Shown here one piece after another: positions 37,207 through 49,205 of a DNA stretch of 64,000 bases. How positions within the stretch are numbered: the first letter of the stretch is position 1; each line of letters opens with the position of its first letter. The position numbers and the translations under genes were made by a program. Below the pieces are notes generated by a model that did no database searches, was not told the origin of the DNA, and was given only the letters and a program-made list of their open reading frames with translations. The stretch comes from Candidatus Multivoradales bacterium (GTDB lineage: Bacteria > Acidobacteriota > Thermoanaerobaculia > Multivoradales > J023), in assembly GCA_965248925.1 (NCBI GenBank), contig CBDFLE010000006.1:2816001-2880000 (forward strand), given 5' to 3'.

Positions 37207-38541
37207 CTAGATCTGCGCCCGCAACTCCAAGCCCTTGACCAACACGCTCGGGGCGCCTACCAGGCCGCCGGCCAGAGGAGTGAAAGTCAAATCGCGAGCC
37301 GCCGCCAGTAGTCCATGCAGCAGGCTTTGCACCGTGCCGGTTAGCCAGGCTCCGGCAACCGCGCCGGTGGGGCGGCCGGACTCGACCGAGAATCCGCAGA
37401 CCGGTACCGCAAAGCGGCCACTGGCCAGGTCCAGCCGCGGACCCCCTTCCACATCCAACAAGTAATAGCCGCGGCGGATGTCGGCCAGTAGCTGGGCCAC
37501 CGACACCGCCGGATCGGGTTGCAGATAGAGATGGGTGGCGCCAGGTCGCGGCAGATCGCGCCAGCTGGCTCGCCGCAAGCAGCCCGAAGAGTGCCCGAGC
37601 TTGCCGCGGCGAGCTTCCCACCAGGCGAGCAGGGGTTGGCGAAAGGCGCCTTCCTCGATCAGGGTTACTGCTCGGGTCGGCATGCCCTCGCCGTCGACCG
37701 GAGCGGCGCTAATACCGCATTCGAGTCGGCCGTTGTCGATCAGGGTGAGCACGCCGCTGCCCAATTTGCCTTGGCGGTCGGCCCAACTCTGCGCCAGTTT
37801 GATGGCTTCGGGACTGCGCCATAGCGGCTGCAAAGCGGCGAGCAAAGCGGCCATCAATGGCGGTGCGAGGAGAAAGTCACCCCGGTCTCGCGGTGGGGCG
37901 GTGCCCTTTTCAGCTATCAACAAGCGGTCGGCGAGTCGTCGCGCCAAACTTTGGGGATGAAACTGGCGTGCTTGGCGCTGGGGAACCAGCAGGCTGACCG
38001 CGCGGCCGCCGCGGCTGGTGGCCTGCAAGTAAAGGACCGCGGCTCGCTGGCGAACTTGCACTTCGATCTGCTGGCTAGAGATCAGCTGACTCTCGCTCGA
38101 GCCGTCTTCGAGCTCGGCACGCAGCAGACGGGCTTGGGGTAGCTCTGCCTGCAACTGCATGGCGATGGCTTCGACCAAGGCCTGTGCTTCGCTCTCACCG
38201 ACCAGCGGGGAGTCGAGATCCGAGGGTGCCGCCCAGGTGGGCACGCCGGTGGCCGAGGGCAGCCGCAGAGCCCGTCCATCGGCGCTTGGCCAGGGGCCAT
38301 CGGCGGTTGGCTCGCCGGTCTGGGCGTAGAAGAAGGAGCGTCGCGGATCGCCGGCCCGCACGGCCCATCCTTCTTCGCGGCGCAGCGAAGTGACGCTGCT
38401 GCCGGTTTCGAAAACCAATTGACGCGAGCGCCCTCGCTTGTGGTAAACCTCGACATCTTTCCAGCCCTCGGCGACCAGCGCCTCGAGGGTTTCGGAGAGC
38501 GCTGCGGCGACCACCGGACGATGACCAGAACCCCATCTCAA
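37207..38541 (-). CDS. TldE/PmbA family protein
   Basis: DGEG.PT, LIEEG C-terminal domain without HExxH; TTGA-coupled to tldD. Confidence 0.82.
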   Translation of the reverse strand: MRWGSGHRPVVAAALSETLEALVAEGWKDVEVYHKRGRSRQLVFETGSSVTSLRREEGWAVRAGDPRRSFFYAQTGEPTADGPWPSADGRALRLPSATGVPTWAAPSDLDSPLVGESEAQALVEAIAMQLQAELPQARLLRAELEDGSSESQLISSQQIEVQVRQRAAVLYLQATSRGGRAVSLLVPQRQARQFHPQSLARRLADRLLIAEKGTAPPRDRGDFLLAPPLMAALLAALQPLWRSPEAIKLAQSWADRQGKLGSGVLTLIDNGRLECGISAAPVDGEGMPTRAVTLIEEGAFRQPLLAWWEARRGKLGHSSGCLRRASWRDLPRPGATHLYLQPDPAVSVAQLLADIRRGYYLLDVEGGPRLDLASGRFAVPVCGFSVESGRPTGAVAGAWLTGTVQSLLHGLLAAARDLTFTPLAGGLVGAPSVLVKGLELRAQI

Positions 38542-39851
38542 GGGCCTACCTCCAGACCTTTCAGCAGCAGCGCCGGGGTGGTGGCCCACACTGGCAGCCT
38601 GATGCCTCCTTTGGCACACCAGCCAGCACCGGCAGAGCGCACTTCGCTACCGACACCGACCACCGCATGCAGCAGATCGCTGACGTGGCCGCGCAGCCGG
38701 CTTCCACCCACTGGTGTCGCCAAGGCGCCGTCTTTGATGCGGTAGCCGAAAGGAAACGCGAGCTGGAATTCACCAGAAATCGGATCCAGGCGACCGTGGC
38801 AAGCTGCGGGCAGGTAGAGGCCGCCCTCGGCGCCAGCCAGCAGCTCGCCTGGGCTGAGATCGCCAGCGGCCAAGACCAAGTGGGTCGAGCGGGGTCCCGG
38901 GGCCAGATGGCGGTTGCCGCGCCGCGCGGCGCCGGGTAGCAAGCGTTCCGAGCGCCTGCCCCAACGGCTGTCGCACAGCGGCTGTTCGACCTTGCCGCCG
39001 CGCAGCAGCAGTCGCCGGGCGGCGGGAAATCCCTCGTCGTCGCTACGCCGCCGCACCGATTCGGGAGCTGAACCGGGGTCGTCGAAAACGTCGAGCAGCG
39101 GGGAGCCGAATTCGACCCCAATGGCCGCTTCCGGGTGACCGCCGAGGGCCAACGTATCGGCTTCCAGGGCGTGAGCCACCGCTTCGTGCAGGAGTACGGC
39201 GGTGGCGTCGCTGCCCAGCACGAAGGCGCCCCGCCAGGGTTCCGGCGGCGGTTGGCCATGGGCCTTGTGGGCCCGCACCATGCCGTCGGCGATGCGCCGG
39301 GCGTTCGCCGCACTGGCACTGTCGAGCAGGCCGCCCCAGCGACCCCAGGGGGCTTTTACATCGTAGCTGTAGAAGGCTTCGCGCTCGGTTGCCGAATTCA
39401 GTTGGTTGCCCACCACTCGCGTCCAGCGGCGGTGGCGGCGGACGGTGAGGCGAGGCTCGAACTTGGCCCCGTGCTCGCTGAGTGCGTGTCGTACCGCTGC
39501 CGGCAGAGAGAGCAACTCGTTGGCCTCGATTGGCTGGCGCCAGGGCATGTTGTTCAACTGTGGGCGAGGGTAGGATGCTCGCGGCATCGCTCGGGCGACC
39601 CGGCGCAGGGCTTCGTCGAAGGTCTCCGAGGAGATCCGGTCGCGGCCGGCCAGCCAGGTTTGATCGCCGCGGGTCAGGCGTATGGCCAGCCCAGACTCGC
39701 GCCGGGCGCGGAAACCGGGCCCGACATCATCCGGTGGCAGCTCGAGATCTTCACGGCGTTCAAAGAAGACATCGCAGAGGTCTTCCGGGCGATCGGCGAT
39801 CTGCTGCAGAGCGCGGACAATGGCGGCTGTGTCGATGTTGGAGAACGGCAC
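38538..39851 (-). CDS. tldD: TldD family metalloprotease
   Basis: LLHEAVAHALEAD, DDEG, WCAKGG motifs. Confidence 0.88.
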   Translation of the reverse strand: MPFSNIDTAAIVRALQQIADRPEDLCDVFFERREDLELPPDDVGPGFRARRESGLAIRLTRGDQTWLAGRDRISSETFDEALRRVARAMPRASYPRPQLNNMPWRQPIEANELLSLPAAVRHALSEHGAKFEPRLTVRRHRRWTRVVGNQLNSATEREAFYSYDVKAPWGRWGGLLDSASAANARRIADGMVRAHKAHGQPPPEPWRGAFVLGSDATAVLLHEAVAHALEADTLALGGHPEAAIGVEFGSPLLDVFDDPGSAPESVRRRSDDEGFPAARRLLLRGGKVEQPLCDSRWGRRSERLLPGAARRGNRHLAPGPRSTHLVLAAGDLSPGELLAGAEGGLYLPAACHGRLDPISGEFQLAFPFGYRIKDGALATPVGGSRLRGHVSDLLHAVVGVGSEVRSAGAGWCAKGGIRLPVWATTPALLLKGLEVGP

Positions 39852-40140
39852 TTGAGCAATCCTTTCGGAACACCGCCGGGCGGCCCGTCTGGGGTTGCCC
39901 ACAAGGTCATTGGCGGGGGCTCATTGTACGCGGGCGGTGGTTCTTCCGGGGTCGTTTTCTCGTTTCGTAAGGGTAACTCGCGTCTTGACCGAAGGGTGGT
40001 GGGCCGCAACCTGGCGAGCGACCCGTTTTTCAGCCAGGGTTGCGATACGATGCAGAGCCTCCGCGGCCGAGCCCGAAAACCCGAATCGAAGCCGCCTGCG
40101 CCCAGCGGGTGGCCGATCGCAGGATGAGTGAGCAAAATCG

Positions 40141-41733
40141 ATGAGCGAGCAGACCCCCGCAAAGTTGTCGCCCCAGGCTTCGGCCCTCGGCGAGCTCGAG
40201 ATTCGTTTGCAGGCCGCCCGGTTGGGGGGCGGAAAGCAGCGCATCGAGCGCCAGCATGCTGCCGGCAAGCTGACCGCCCATGAACGCGTCGAGCTGCTGC
40301 TCGACAGCTGTTCGTGGGTCGAGATCGATGCCCTTGTCAGCCACCGCTGCCAAGACTTCGGCATGGGCAAACGACAGATTCCTGGCGACGGCCTGGTGGC
40401 GGGCTACGGCACCATCGAGGGTCGGTTGGTCTACGTCTTTGCTCAGGATTTCACCGTCTTTGGCGGTTCCTTGTCGGAAACCAACGCCAAGAAGATCTGC
40501 AAGGTGATGGATCTGGCGGTGGAGAATGGCGCACCGGTGATCGGCCTTAACGATTCGGGCGGTGCGCGGATCCAAGAAGGAGTGGTGTCGCTGGGTGGCT
40601 ATTCCGATATCTTCCTGCGCAATACCTTGGCTTCGGGAGTGGTGCCACAGATCAGCGCCATCATGGGTCCCTGCGCTGGTGGCGCGGTCTACTCACCGGC
40701 GATCACCGATTTTATTTTCATGGTTGAAGGGACCAGCTACATGTTTGTCACCGGTCCCGACGTGATCAAGACGGTGACCCACGAGGAAGTCACCAAGGAA
40801 GAACTCGGTGGCGCTAGCACTCACAGCTCGAAAAGCGGCGTCGCCCACTTCACGGTGGCCAATGATGCCGCCTGCCTGATGGCGATTCGCGAGCTGCTGT
40901 CGTTCTTGCCGTCGAACAACATTGATGCGCCGCCGCTAGGCAACAGTGAGGACGACCCGGGCCGCGAGGACGAATCCCTCGACCAACTGGTGCCGGCGGA
41001 CCCGAACAAGCCCTACGACATCAAGAAGTTGATCCAGACGGTGGTCGACGACGGTCATTTTTTCGAGGTGCAGGCGAACTACGCCAAGAACCTGGTGGTT
41101 GGCTTCGCCCGCTTGGCCAATCAGAGCGTCGGTATAGTCGCCAACCAACCGGCCTACCAGGCTGGGGTGCTGGATATCAATGCCTCGCTCAAGGGCGCGC
41201 GCTTCGTGCGCTTCTGCGACGCCTTCAACATTCCGCTGATCACCTTCGAGGACGTTCCCGGGTTCTTGCCGGGCACCCAACAGGAGTTTGGTGGCATCAT
41301 CAAGCATGGCGCCAAGCTGCTCTACGCCTTCGCCGAAGCTACCGTGCCGAAGATCACCGTCATCACCCGCAAGGCTTACGGCGGCGCTTATTGTGTGATG
41401 GCTTCTAAGCATTTGCGCACCGACGTCAACTTCGCCTATCCGATGGCTGAAATCGCGGTGATGGGCCCAGAAGGGGCAGTCAACGTCCTCTACCGCCGCC
41501 AACTCGCCGCCGCTGCCGAGCAGGGGGAATCGGCGGTGGCCGAGCTGCGTGCCGCCAAAGTGCGGGAGTATCGCGAGAAGTTTTCCAATCCCTATGTAGC
41601 CGCTGAGCGGGGGTTTATCGATGCCATTATCGAGCCTCGGCAAACCCGCTCTCAGATCATCCGGGCACTGCGCCAGCTGGCCAGCAAGCGCGCCAGCGTG
41701 CCGCCCAAAAAGCATGGCAATATGCCATTGTGA
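40141..41733 (+). CDS. pccB: Acyl-CoA (propionyl-CoA-like) carboxylase carboxyltransferase beta subunit
   Basis: [55 protein letters not shown]. Confidence 0.92.
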   Translation: MSEQTPAKLSPQASALGELEIRLQAARLGGGKQRIERQHAAGKLTAHERVELLLDSCSWVEIDALVSHRCQDFGMGKRQIPGDGLVAGYGTIEGRLVYVFAQDFTVFGGSLSETNAKKICKVMDLAVENGAPVIGLNDSGGARIQEGVVSLGGYSDIFLRNTLASGVVPQISAIMGPCAGGAVYSPAITDFIFMVEGTSYMFVTGPDVIKTVTHEEVTKEELGGASTHSSKSGVAHFTVANDAACLMAIRELLSFLPSNNIDAPPLGNSEDDPGREDESLDQLVPADPNKPYDIKKLIQTVVDDGHFFEVQANYAKNLVVGFARLANQSVGIVANQPAYQAGVLDINASLKGARFVRFCDAFNIPLITFEDVPGFLPGTQQEFGGIIKHGAKLLYAFAEATVPKITVITRKAYGGAYCVMASKHLRTDVNFAYPMAEIAVMGPEGAVNVLYRRQLAAAAEQGESAVAELRAAKVREYREKFSNPYVAAERGFIDAIIEPRQTRSQIIRALRQLASKRASVPPKKHGNMPL

Positions 41734-41867
41734 GGTGGCGAGCGAGAGCATCAGACCCGAAATCCGCCACGCTGGACGGCCCCCCTTGACAGAGGTCGCG
41801 CCGGTCGGGCAAGCTGACCCCCCCTTTCGGCCACCGGCCGGGAGTTTCAGTCGACTCGAGGAAAAGC

Positions 41868-42278
41868 ATGCGAGAAAAAGATAGAGAGCTTCGCCGTCGG
41901 CGGCATCGCCGCATGAAGCGCCTCAAGAAAAGGCACCAGGAAGAGCAAGCGGCAAAAGAGCGCCAGGAGCGTTCGGCGCGCCGCGCCGCCACCAAGAAGA
42001 AGACCGCAGCCAAGCCCAAGGCCACCAAGGCGAAGGCTACTAAGGCGAAGGCTACTAAGGCCACTACCAAGACCAAGGCCGCGGCATCCAAGACCGGGCC
42101 AAAGAAAGCCGCGGTGGCTGAGGCAGCTGCCGACGATAAGACGGTAGAGGCCGAGGCAGCAGCAGAGGCCGATTCCAAGCCCAAGCCGAAGGCAAAAGCC
42201 AAGCCAAAAGCAAAGGCGAAGCCCAAGGCAAAGGCCGAAGCGAAGCCTAAGGCAAAAGCTGAGGAAGCTGACGATTAG
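41868..42278 (+). CDS. Very basic protein with Lys/Ala/Pro histone-H1-like repeats
   Basis: DRELRRRRHRR N-terminus (DUF6800-like), KATKA and KPKAKA repeats. Confidence 0.72.
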   Translation: MREKDRELRRRRHRRMKRLKKRHQEEQAAKERQERSARRAATKKKTAAKPKATKAKATKAKATKATTKTKAAASKTGPKKAAVAEAAADDKTVEAEAAAEADSKPKPKAKAKPKAKAKPKAKAEAKPKAKAEEADD

Positions 42279-42294
42279 CCTGGAGGGAGTCGAT

Positions 42295-42732
42295 TTGCAC
42301 GTTGCCTTCGGTGCGGATCACGCGGGTTTCGAGCTCAAGAACAAACTACTTGAGTTTGTCGAGGGTCTTGGTCACGAGACTGTGGACCTGGGCACCTCTG
42401 CCGCCGCTAGCGTCGATTATCCGGACTATGCGACCGCGGTCGCTCGGGCGGTGAGCGAGGGGCGGGCTCGGCTCGGCATCTTGGTCTGTGGCACGGGCCT
42501 CGGCATGGCGATTACCGCGAACAAGTTTCGCGATGTGCGGGCGGTAACTTGCAGTGAGCCGTTCTCGGCCCGCATGGCTCGCGAACACAACGACGCCAAC
42601 GTGCTGGCTCTAGGGGCTCGGGTGGTTGGTGTGGGCCTTGCTCGTGAGGTCGTTCAGGTTTTTCTGGAGACTGCATTCGCCGCCGGTCGCCATGGTCCCC
42701 GGGTCGATCTGATCCGCGCCTTGGATTGCTGA
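42295..42732 (+). CDS. rpiB: Ribose 5-phosphate isomerase B
   Basis: [34 protein letters not shown]. Confidence 0.95.
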   Translation: MHVAFGADHAGFELKNKLLEFVEGLGHETVDLGTSAAASVDYPDYATAVARAVSEGRARLGILVCGTGLGMAITANKFRDVRAVTCSEPFSARMAREHNDANVLALGARVVGVGLAREVVQVFLETAFAAGRHGPRVDLIRALDC

Positions 42733-42802
42733 GAAATTGGGTCATCGAAGAGGATTTGGCCCACTGTCGGGGCATTTCGTAGGAAGTGACTCTGGAGTAA
42801 CT

Positions 42803-44056
42803 ATGCCAACCTACGACGCGGTGCAAGCCGCCGATCCCGAGATCTACCGCATCTTGTCCGCTGAGCGTCAGCGCCAATCCCAGGGGTTGGAGCTGATCGC
42901 CTCGGAGAATTTCGTCAGCGAAGCGGTCTTGGAGACCGCTGGCAGCGTGCTGACCAACAAATATGCCGAGGGATATCCAGGGCGTCGCTACTACGGAGGC
43001 TGCGAGCATGTCGACGAGGCCGAGCAGTTGGCCATCGACCGCGCCAAGAAACTCTTTTCTGCCGAGCACGCCAACGTCCAACCCCACTCGGGTACGACCG
43101 CCAACATGGCGGTGTATTTCGCCTTCCTAAGACCCGGTGATGTGCTGATGGGCATGGACCTTTCCTGCGGCGGTCATTTGACCCACGGCCATCGGCTGTC
43201 CTACTCCGGTCGCGATTTCCAGGTGGTGAGCTATGGCGTTGACCGCGACAGCGAGTTGATCGACTATGACGAGGTGGAGCGGTTGGCGCTGGAACGGCGG
43301 CCCAAGATCTTGGTGGCCGGAGCCAGCGCCTATAGCCGACAGCTCGATTTTGGCCGTTTCCGCGCCATCGCCGATGCCGCGGGCGCTTTGTTGATGGTTG
43401 ATATTGCGCATATCGCCGGCCTGGTGGCGACCGGTCTCCATCCGTCACCGGTGCCCTTTGCAGATGTCGTCACGACGACCACTCACAAGACTCTGCGCGG
43501 TCCTCGGGGTGGGCTGATCTTGTGCAGAGAAGAGCACAAGAAAATGCTCGATCGGGCTCTCTTTCCGGGCCTCCAAGGCGGGCCGCTGATGCATGTGATC
43601 GCTGCCAAGGCGGTGGCTCTTCGCGAAGCCGCCAGCGAGCAGTTCGCGGCCTATCAAGAGCAGGTGATAGCCAACGCCGCGTGCCTGGCGGCCAAGCTCC
43701 AGCAGCGCGGCCTGCGAATCGTCTCTGGTGGCACCGACAATCACCTCATGCTGGTCGATGTATTTGCCGCTGGAATCACCGGCAAGGTGGCCGAGAAAGC
43801 TCTCGGCCAGGCGGCGATTACTTGCAACAAGAACACCATCCCCTACGACCGTAACCCGCCGCTGGTAGCTTCGGGAATCCGTCTCGGCACCCCCGCTTTG
43901 ACCAGTCGTGGCATGGCGGAAGCAGAGATGGAGCAAGTTGGCGAAGTGATCGCCGATGCGATGCAGGCGGCCGACGACGACCAGGCCTTGGCGGCGATCA
44001 AGGGGCGGGTGATGGAACTCTGCGAGCGTTTCCCGCTCTACGCCGACCTGACTTGA
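42803..44056 (+). CDS. glyA: Serine hydroxymethyltransferase
   Basis: [34 protein letters not shown]. Confidence 0.97.
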   Translation: MPTYDAVQAADPEIYRILSAERQRQSQGLELIASENFVSEAVLETAGSVLTNKYAEGYPGRRYYGGCEHVDEAEQLAIDRAKKLFSAEHANVQPHSGTTANMAVYFAFLRPGDVLMGMDLSCGGHLTHGHRLSYSGRDFQVVSYGVDRDSELIDYDEVERLALERRPKILVAGASAYSRQLDFGRFRAIADAAGALLMVDIAHIAGLVATGLHPSPVPFADVVTTTTHKTLRGPRGGLILCREEHKKMLDRALFPGLQGGPLMHVIAAKAVALREAASEQFAAYQEQVIANAACLAAKLQQRGLRIVSGGTDNHLMLVDVFAAGITGKVAEKALGQAAITCNKNTIPYDRNPPLVASGIRLGTPALTSRGMAEAEMEQVGEVIADAMQAADDDQALAAIKGRVMELCERFPLYADLT

Positions 44057-45375
44057 GTAGACGCGGCCTGGCCAACTCGCGGCGGCACGCCGAATCGCTG
44101 TCGCAGAAGTCCGCGGACTTCGCCGATCAAGTACAGCGAGCCGCAGATCAGCAGGCGGTCGGCACAGCCTTCTAGCGCTTGCCACAGAGCGTCAGCTACT
44201 CGCGGCTCCAGCCCCTGGGCGCGGTCGCCGAGCAGCTTGGCGGCTAGGGCCATACCGCCGCCGCGGCTGTGGCTTGTGGGCTCGGTAAGCCACAGCTTGC
44301 GGCAGCGCTTGGCCAAGGGGGGTAACATCCGCTCGATCTCCTTGTCGGCAAGGGCGCCGAACAGCAGGTCGATAGGCTGCTTGAGGGTGTCCAAGTAGCT
44401 TGCCAAGACCTTGCTGGCGGCGGGGTTGTGAGCGCCATCGAGCAAGACTCGGGGTCCCCCAGGGAGGTCGACCCATTCCAGTCGGCCCGGCCAGCGGCAA
44501 TCATGGCTACCGGTGTCGATAGCGGTCGGGCCGAGGGCCGAGAAACCGCTTTCGGCCAGCCGTTCGCCGGTAGCTACGGCCAGTGCCAGGTTGTTCAGCT
44601 GGTGCCGTCCCAACAGGTTCAAGACTAGTGGATAGGTGGCTCGCGAGGTGTGCAAGGTGGCTCTTTGGGCCAGGCTCGCTGGAGCGCCTTCGCTTTCGAT
44701 CCTGACCTCTTGGTCGACCCGCACCAGCTCGCTGCCCAACTCCTCAGCTCGCTGCTTGAGAACCGCCGCGACTTCGGCCTGCGGCGCCCACACTAGAGCG
44801 GGCCTGCCGGCGCGCAGAATACCGGCCTTCTCGCTGGCAACTTGCGCCAAGGTGGCCCCCAGACTCTCTCGGTGGTCGAGGGCGATCGAGGAAATCACCG
44901 AGATCTGAGGCTCGCTCAGGTTAGTGGTGTCGAGGCGGCCACCGAGGCCGACTTCGAGCACGGCCAAGTCGACTTGGCGGCGCTGGAAATATAGCAAGGC
45001 GGCCAGGGTCAAGGCTTCAAAATAAGTCGGCGGGCGCCGCGGGTCGATGGCTGAGCTGTGGTCGAGCACCTCGCGCAGCAGGTCGGCCAGGTGCGGGTCT
45101 TCGATCAGCCGACCATCGATCCTCAGCCGTTCACTGACCTGTTCGAGGTGGGGCGAGGTGTAGAGCCCGCAGCGATAGCCGGCGGCGCTGGCTATCGCTG
45201 CGATCAGAGCGGCGGTCGACCCCTTGCCATTGGTGCCAGCGACCAAGACGGTTGGCAAGCCGGCCTGTGGATTGCCCAGGGCGGCTAGCAAGGGGCGGCT
45301 GTGCCGCAACCCTGGCCGGATGCCAAACATCGCCAGCTGGGCAAGTATCTGCTCGCTGGTCTGGTCATTGGGCAC
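44038..45375 (-). CDS. folC: Folylpolyglutamate/dihydrofolate synthase
   Basis: [43 protein letters not shown]. Confidence 0.95.
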   Translation of the reverse strand: MPNDQTSEQILAQLAMFGIRPGLRHSRPLLAALGNPQAGLPTVLVAGTNGKGSTAALIAAIASAAGYRCGLYTSPHLEQVSERLRIDGRLIEDPHLADLLREVLDHSSAIDPRRPPTYFEALTLAALLYFQRRQVDLAVLEVGLGGRLDTTNLSEPQISVISSIALDHRESLGATLAQVASEKAGILRAGRPALVWAPQAEVAAVLKQRAEELGSELVRVDQEVRIESEGAPASLAQRATLHTSRATYPLVLNLLGRHQLNNLALAVATGERLAESGFSALGPTAIDTGSHDCRWPGRLEWVDLPGGPRVLLDGAHNPAASKVLASYLDTLKQPIDLLFGALADKEIERMLPPLAKRCRKLWLTEPTSHSRGGGMALAAKLLGDRAQGLEPRVADALWQALEGCADRLLICGSLYLIGEVRGLLRQRFGVPPRVGQAASTQVRSA

Positions 45376-45402
45376 AGTCAGGGTGCGGCGTCGGCCGCGG
45401 AC

Positions 45403-46248
45403 TCAGAGGAAATGCCGCAGGCAGCGGGCGACGGTGGCTTTCATCTCGCCGCGGCTGACCACCATGTCGAGAAAGCCCTTGTCGAGCAGGAACTCACTGC
45501 GCTGGAAACCATCCGGCAAGCTCTCGCGGATGGTCTGCTCGATCACCCGGGGTCCGGCGAAGCCGATCAAGGCGCCGGGTTCGGCGATGTTGATGTCGCC
45601 CAGCATCGAGAACGAAGCGGTCACGCCACCGGTGGTGGGGTCGGTGAGGATCGAGATGTAAGGCAGGCCGCGCTCGCGCAGCTGAGCTAGGGCAGCGGAG
45701 ATCTTGGCCATCTGCATCAGCGACAGAACACCCTCTTGCATGCGCGCCCCGCCGGAGGCAGAAACCACGATCAAGGGCACCTGGCGGCGGGTGGCTTCTT
45801 CCACCGCGCGGGTGATCTTCTCACCGACTACCGATCCCATCGAGCCGCCCATGAAGCGGTAGTCCATCACCGCCAGCACCACCTCGATGCCTTCGAGGGC
45901 TCCGGTCAGCACCATCACCGCGTCACCCGCGCCGGTCTTCTTGCGGTAGGTCTCCAGGCGGTCCTTGTAGGGCTGCGTGTCGGTGAAGTTCAGCGGGTCG
46001 ATGGCGGTGATGTTGTCGAACAGCTCCTGGCCGCTGCCCTCGTCGAGCAGCAGCTCGATTCGCTCGTGCGGTCCTATACGGAAGTGATAGCCGCACTTTG
46101 GGCAGATTCTGCGACTGCGGCGCAGTTCCTTGGAGTAGACGATCTCCTTGCAGGAGACGCACTTGACCCACAGGCCTTCCGGCACGGTGCTGCGCGGCCG
46201 ATCTCCGCGGACCGGCTTGGGTTTCTTGGCTTTCTTGAACCAGGCCAC
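45403..46248 (-). CDS. accD: Acetyl-CoA carboxylase carboxyltransferase beta
   Basis: WVKC..C...CPKC zinc finger, GGSMGSVVGEK, SGGARMQEG, GFAGPRVIEQT. Confidence 0.97.
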   Translation of the reverse strand: MAWFKKAKKPKPVRGDRPRSTVPEGLWVKCVSCKEIVYSKELRRSRRICPKCGYHFRIGPHERIELLLDEGSGQELFDNITAIDPLNFTDTQPYKDRLETYRKKTGAGDAVMVLTGALEGIEVVLAVMDYRFMGGSMGSVVGEKITRAVEEATRRQVPLIVVSASGGARMQEGVLSLMQMAKISAALAQLRERGLPYISILTDPTTGGVTASFSMLGDINIAEPGALIGFAGPRVIEQTIRESLPDGFQRSEFLLDKGFLDMVVSRGEMKATVARCLRHFL

Positions 46249-46353
46249 GGCTGAAATCTCGGCCAGCAGGCAGCAGTCTGCTCTACTGCCAGTCTACAAG
46301 GCGGAAGAACTCAGCTCAGGCCACCGCAGGTGGCGGCCGGAGCGCTGAGTCTC

Positions 46354-46590
46354 TTAGACGTCGTCGTCGCCCTCGGCTTCTTCGAGTTCGTTGGGCACGT
46401 TAAGTCGCAAACAAGCCGCGTCGTACATTTGCCGGGCGGCCTTCTTGCTGGTTTGTAACTCAGCTAGCCGGTCCTTGACCTTGGCTAGCTCTGCCTCGAT
46501 CTGCTGATCGAGTTCAAGGATGTCTTCTTTTGTTCTGGTGAGAGTGCTCTCGTAGAACGTTCTTTGGTCGTCGGTCAGGCTCATGGCCAT
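46354..46590 (-). CDS. Small coiled-coil hypothetical protein
   Basis: GGAGG RBS, heptad pattern, coding-like codon use; start 46590 or 46584. Confidence 0.7.
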   Translation of the reverse strand: MAMSLTDDQRTFYESTLTRTKEDILELDQQIEAELAKVKDRLAELQTSKKAARQMYDAACLRLNVPNELEEAEGDDDV

Positions 46591-46742
46591 CCTCCATGAA
46601 AACTTCGCTCTCGGGCGCTAGTTCGCAGATATTCGGCCCCAAGCCCCCGCGAAGGGTCTGTCGGGCAAAGGTTGGGTGAGAATACTCGGCTTCGTCGAAG
46701 CTGACAAGCGACAGGTCGTCGGTACTTCGGCCGGTAGCCGAC

Positions 46743-49052
46743 TCAACTGCCGCCAGCACCACCCTGAGATCCATCCGTCGAAGCTTCGTCGTGGGCTGAT
46801 GTCTCGCTTTGGCGGGCCGCTTCGAGTTCTTGCTGCAGTCGACGACGCTCGCTTTCGAAACTTCGCTGGAGTTCGTCGGCTCGTCGTTTGAGTTCGTCGT
46901 CGACCTGCTTTTCGACCGGCTCCGGTTGCTCTTCCACCGTGGCGGCGGTGCTGGGTGAGGCCTCCGCCGGCAGGTCGGCAGCGTCTGGAGCAGACAGTGG
47001 TTGCGGCTGGGGAGCCCGGCTCTGCTCGTTGTCCACGGCCGGTGGTGGGACGGGTCGATTGGGGTGGCTCCTCCACCAGGCGAAGGCAGCCACCGCCACC
47101 GCCACCGCCAGCAGGGCGGCAATCCACCAGCCGAAGGCTCGACGACGAGGCTGCCGAGGGGGAGTTTCCGCCGCCGTGGTCAGCGGCAGGTCGAGATCTG
47201 CTGCAGTGGGCGCTGCGGGTGCGGGGGGCAACTCTGGGGCAGGCTCGAAGACCACCTCCCTGGCTGCGTCATGTCCTGCTTTCGAGTTCTCGCCAGCAGG
47301 GTCAACGGGCACTGCCGCCACCGCCGGTGATTCTGGCGCGGCGGGTTCGGTCGATTCAAAGGCGTCCGAATCTCTTCCAAAGAGGCTGTTGACATAGCGT
47401 GTCAAGTCCCCCTGCCCGGCGGCCAGCTGTAAGTTGCTGCGGGTGGTTTCTAACTCGGCGGCCAGCTCCCCCGCCGAGCCGTGGCGTCGACCTGGGTCTT
47501 TGGCTAACGCCCGGCTCACAACCTGTTCGATCTCCTCTGCCAACTCCGGCGCCAAGTCACGGGGTGCTGAGTGGCGGCATTCACGCACTGCATCGAGCAC
47601 CGCCATCTCGCTGTCGGCGGTGAATAGTTTGTGGCCGGTGAGCATCTCGAACAGCACCGAGCCGAGAGAGAACAAATCTGAGCTGGCGTCCACCGGTTGT
47701 CCCGAGGCTTGCTCTGGGGACATGTACTGGAGCTTTCCCTTGAGTGCTCCCATCTGCGTGGTGCTGGCCTTGACCACAGCTTTGACGATGCCGAAATCGC
47801 ACAGCTTGATGTCGCCGTCCCAGCTGATTAGCACGTTCTGCGGCGAGACATCGCGATGTACCAGGCCGAGGGGGCGATCTTCGAAATCACGCTGGCGGTG
47901 GGCATGATCGAGGGCCTGAGCCAGGCGCATACCGATCAGCAAAGCCAAGCCGGGCGGCATTTTCTGGCCGCTGTCGTCCGCCCGCCGCAGCAGGGTGCGC
48001 AAGTCTGTTCCTTCGACATACTCCATGGCGATGAAGTAGTCCTGGTCGACTTTGCCGAGATCGTAGATCTGGATGATGTGGTTGTGGCTCAGCTGCGCCG
48101 CCAGCTTAGCTTCGTCGATGAACATGCTGACGAAGTCCTGGTTGCTGGTCAGGTGCGACAGAATCTTCTTGATCGCCACGGTTTTCTCGAAGCCTTCGAC
48201 CCCGCTGCGGCGAGCTTTCCAGACCTCGGCCATACCGCCGACTGCAATCTTCTGCAGCAGCCGATAGTCGCCAAAGCGGAGGTCGCTCTCGGCTTTTCGG
48301 GCCGCTGGGACCTCCAGGAGGGGATCGCTTGGAGCCTCTTCCAGGTGCGCTTTGGGGATCAACTGCCTGGCTGCAAGAGGCGCTGCCGGGGGCTGGATTT
48401 CGAGAGCTGAAATGGATTCCTTGAGCAACTGATCGAAGTCGTCGTCAGGGCCCGTGCCGGCGCTTTTGGCCGCAGTCTGGGGGCTTGGCGTGGCCGCAGG
48501 CGCGGCTGAGGAGGTGGTGTCGAGAAGCCCAGGGAACGTCTGTTCAAGCTTGCGGTCGAGTTCCGCCTCGAATTCCGTATCGGGCATTTCTTCAAGTTCT
48601 CGCCGGGCCGCCCCTTCGGCTTCCACCTCGGCTAGAAGATCACCGAAAATATCGGCGGATGTCAGCAACTCCCCGTCGTCCGCGGCCGCCGGGGAGGCGG
48701 TGGGAGAGTGCAGAAAAATGCCCACCTGCTGAGCCAGGCCGGCCTCTGACAACGGTTTGGTGATCACCTGGTCGGCGGCAAAGTCGAGGGCCGAGATATG
48801 ACCGGCCAAGGTCGCCGGTACCAAAACCATGGCCCCCGGGCCGCCGCCGTGGCGAGCAAAGCTGCGCAGTAGATCCTTCGCTCCGGGCAGTGAGCCGCTA
48901 GCGATCAACAAGTCTGGCGCGTGAGTGGCGATGCTGCGCAAGGCGGCTTCGCGGCTGTCGGTCAGAACCACGTCCCAGCCGTCCGGCCGTAAGGCGGAGG
49001 CAATAAGCTCGGCGCAATGAGTATCCGGTTCAACGACCAGGATCAGTAACAT
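46743..49052 (-). CDS. Receiver-like domain / Hanks Ser-Thr kinase / TM hybrid protein
   Basis: N-terminal REC fold, kinase [27 protein letters not shown], then TM helix and short C-terminal tail. Confidence 0.9.
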   Translation of the reverse strand: MLLILVVEPDTHCAELIASALRPDGWDVVLTDSREAALRSIATHAPDLLIASGSLPGAKDLLRSFARHGGGPGAMVLVPATLAGHISALDFAADQVITKPLSEAGLAQQVGIFLHSPTASPAAADDGELLTSADIFGDLLAEVEAEGAARRELEEMPDTEFEAELDRKLEQTFPGLLDTTSSAAPAATPSPQTAAKSAGTGPDDDFDQLLKESISALEIQPPAAPLAARQLIPKAHLEEAPSDPLLEVPAARKAESDLRFGDYRLLQKIAVGGMAEVWKARRSGVEGFEKTVAIKKILSHLTSNQDFVSMFIDEAKLAAQLSHNHIIQIYDLGKVDQDYFIAMEYVEGTDLRTLLRRADDSGQKMPPGLALLIGMRLAQALDHAHRQRDFEDRPLGLVHRDVSPQNVLISWDGDIKLCDFGIVKAVVKASTTQMGALKGKLQYMSPEQASGQPVDASSDLFSLGSVLFEMLTGHKLFTADSEMAVLDAVRECRHSAPRDLAPELAEEIEQVVSRALAKDPGRRHGSAGELAAELETTRSNLQLAAGQGDLTRYVNSLFGRDSDAFESTEPAAPESPAVAAVPVDPAGENSKAGHDAAREVVFEPAPELPPAPAAPTAADLDLPLTTAAETPPRQPRRRAFGWWIAALLAVAVAVAAFAWWRSHPNRPVPPPAVDNEQSRAPQPQPLSAPDAADLPAEASPSTAATVEEQPEPVEKQVDDELKRRADELQRSFESERRRLQQELEAARQSETSAHDEASTDGSQGGAGGS

Positions 49053-49205
49053 CTTGGCCCTCCAGGCACGACAATGGGCGAGATCCTAGCACCGACCGCA
49101 GATCCAGTCAGCCGTCGCCTCTTCCCTCCGCCGCACGCTCCGCTAGAATGGACAGCGAAGGCGAGTCCGCGACCGTATTCAACTCAAAAACCGAGGAAGA
49201 TTCGA

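Noticed and set aside
37207-39851. TldD/PmbA pair as part of a RiPP cluster
   Set aside because: No precursor peptide or modifying enzymes nearby; housekeeping context
39852-40140. Intergenic hairpin CGCAACCTGGC...GCCAGGGTTGCG as ncRNA
   Set aside because: Single stem with no recognisable family features
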